A DNA stretch of 32,000 bases from Haloferax volcanii DS2 (lineage in GTDB: Archaea > Halobacteriota > Halobacteria > Halobacteriales > Haloferacaceae), in contig NC_013967.1 in the NCBI RefSeq assembly GCF_000025685.1, positions 30,001 to 62,000 on the forward strand. The letters run 5' to 3'. Below are positions 31,296 to 32,000 of this stretch, one piece after another. The position numbers and the translations under genes are program-made. Each line of letters begins with the position of its first letter. Within the stretch, counting starts at the first letter, position 1. The notes beneath the pieces were generated by a model. The model saw only the letters and a list, made by a program, of their open reading frames with translations, was not told where the DNA came from and did no database searches.

Positions 31296-32000
31296 TTATC
31301 GGTTGAGGGTGACGGTGTTGAGCTTCTGGCGGCTCGGACCCATCCCACCGAACGGTTCGATGTCGACGGTGTCGTACCAGAACATCTCTTCTTTCTGGTT
31401 GTAGACCGGCAGCATCGCGACGTCTTCCCAGTTGGCCATCTCGATGTCGACGTAGGCCTCGTCGCGGACCTGCTGGGCCTCGTCGGTCGGCGCGGGGTTG
31501 TTGACGACCTGCTGATAGGCGTCGGTCGCCTGCTGGGCGGCGTCGCCGTTTTCGGCCGTCCAGTTGACGTACGAGATGGGGCCCTGTTCGGACGTATCAG
31601 TCTGCGGCGGATTCAGGAGCTGCAGGAAGTTGTCCGGTGCCGGCCAGTCGGCGATCCAGCCGAGGGTGTACGCTTCGAGCTGACCGTTGCGGCCGCGTTC
31701 GAGAAGCGTCGAGAAGTCGGCCTTCTGAATCTGCATGTTGATGTGGGCGGATGCGAGCTGGTCGCGGAGGATGCTCGCCATCTCCTCCCACGCGTTGTTG
31801 TTGTACTGGGTCCACTGGACCTCGAACTGGTTGTCCGGACCGTAGCCGGCCTCCTCCATGACCTGGCGGGCGGCCTCGATGTCCGTCTCGCCCGCGCTGT
31901 ACGGGTAGTCGGAGCTGACGAGGTCGCTCGCGGCCTGCGCACCGCCGGGGAAGATGGTCGGCGGGGTAAAGAACTCCGCCGCGGAGCCGCGGCCCTTGAA
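31296..32000 (-). CDS. dppA: Peptide ABC transporter substrate-binding protein (family 5 SBP, DppA/OppA type), C-terminal part; the 5' end lies outside the window
   Basis: The frame is open from 32000 down to the stop at 31296..31298. The sequence ...DIEAARQVMEEAGYGPDNQFEVQWTQYNNNAWEEMASILRDQLASAHINMQIQKADFSTLLERG...YTLGWIADWPAPDNFL is typical of SBP_bac_5 C-terminal lobes. Confidence 0.87.
   Translation of the reverse strand, partial: FKGRGSAAEFFTPPTIFPGGAQAASDLVSSDYPYSAGETDIEAARQVMEEAGYGPDNQFEVQWTQYNNNAWEEMASILRDQLASAHINMQIQKADFSTLLERGRNGQLEAYTLGWIADWPAPDNFLQLLNPPQTDTSEQGPISYVNWTAENGDAAQQATDAYQQVVNNPAPTDEAQQVRDEAYVDIEMANWEDVAMLPVYNQKEEMFWYDTVDIEPFGGMGPSRQKLNTVTLNR

Noticed and set aside
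1-32000. A scan for CRISPR arrays, transposases, integrases, toxin-antitoxin pairs, restriction-modification genes or other defence or mobile modules
   Set aside because: I saw no spaced direct-repeat arrays, no terminal inverted repeats flanking ORFs, and no proteins with DDE, tyrosine/serine recombinase, Cas, PIN/HEPN or methyltransferase signatures. Gene content and uniform composition indicate conserved core chromosome rather than an accessory island.

Overview
This is a high-GC window encoding acidic proteins, with TATA-like boxes about 23-26 nt upstream of many start codons. That pattern fits core chromosome of a halophilic archaeon, possibly Haloferax-like; this is inferred from composition and gene content, not from a database search. 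I can support 33 protein-coding genes. The first 10 kb has mixed strands: uvrB 3' end, NUDIX hydrolase, TauE/SafE permease, UspA, acyl-CoA thioesterase, SPFH/stomatin, 2H phosphoesterase, cytochrome P450, Rad3/XPD helicase and small membrane proteins. From 10.1 kb to the window end every gene is on the minus strand.

The main feature is a 9.4 kb arginine-biosynthesis cluster that uses the LysW carrier-protein route: argG-argH, then lysW-lysX-argC-argB-argD-lysK(argE)-argF. It includes a 59-aa LysW gene (16306..16485) that falls below the ORF-track size cutoff. Downstream lie a KhtT/KhtU-like regulated cation:proton antiporter pair, a CBS-protein/glyS/polyprenol-kinase-like operon, two uncharacterised proteins, and a dppABCDF-type peptide ABC transporter operon (dppA is truncated by the window edge).

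I found no rRNA, tRNA, CRISPR array, transposase, integrase or recognisable defence genes, and no convincing evidence for a wholly new multi-gene system. The points worth a second look are smaller:
- a cysteine-free LysW;
- an 83-nt spacer before argF with no U in the mRNA sense;
- a repeat-rich 320-nt argH-lysW spacer with an Arg-rich overlapping ORF and a start-less, coding-like frame;
- a roughly 300-nt GC-rich non-coding stretch with its own promoter-like box and hairpins (3391..3688);
- a roughly 100-aa insertion splitting the C-terminal Cys motif of DppF;
- a possible c-di-AMP link for the KhtT-like protein.

Many long ORFs in the track are GC-driven artefacts antisense to, or out of frame with, real genes, and I rejected them.
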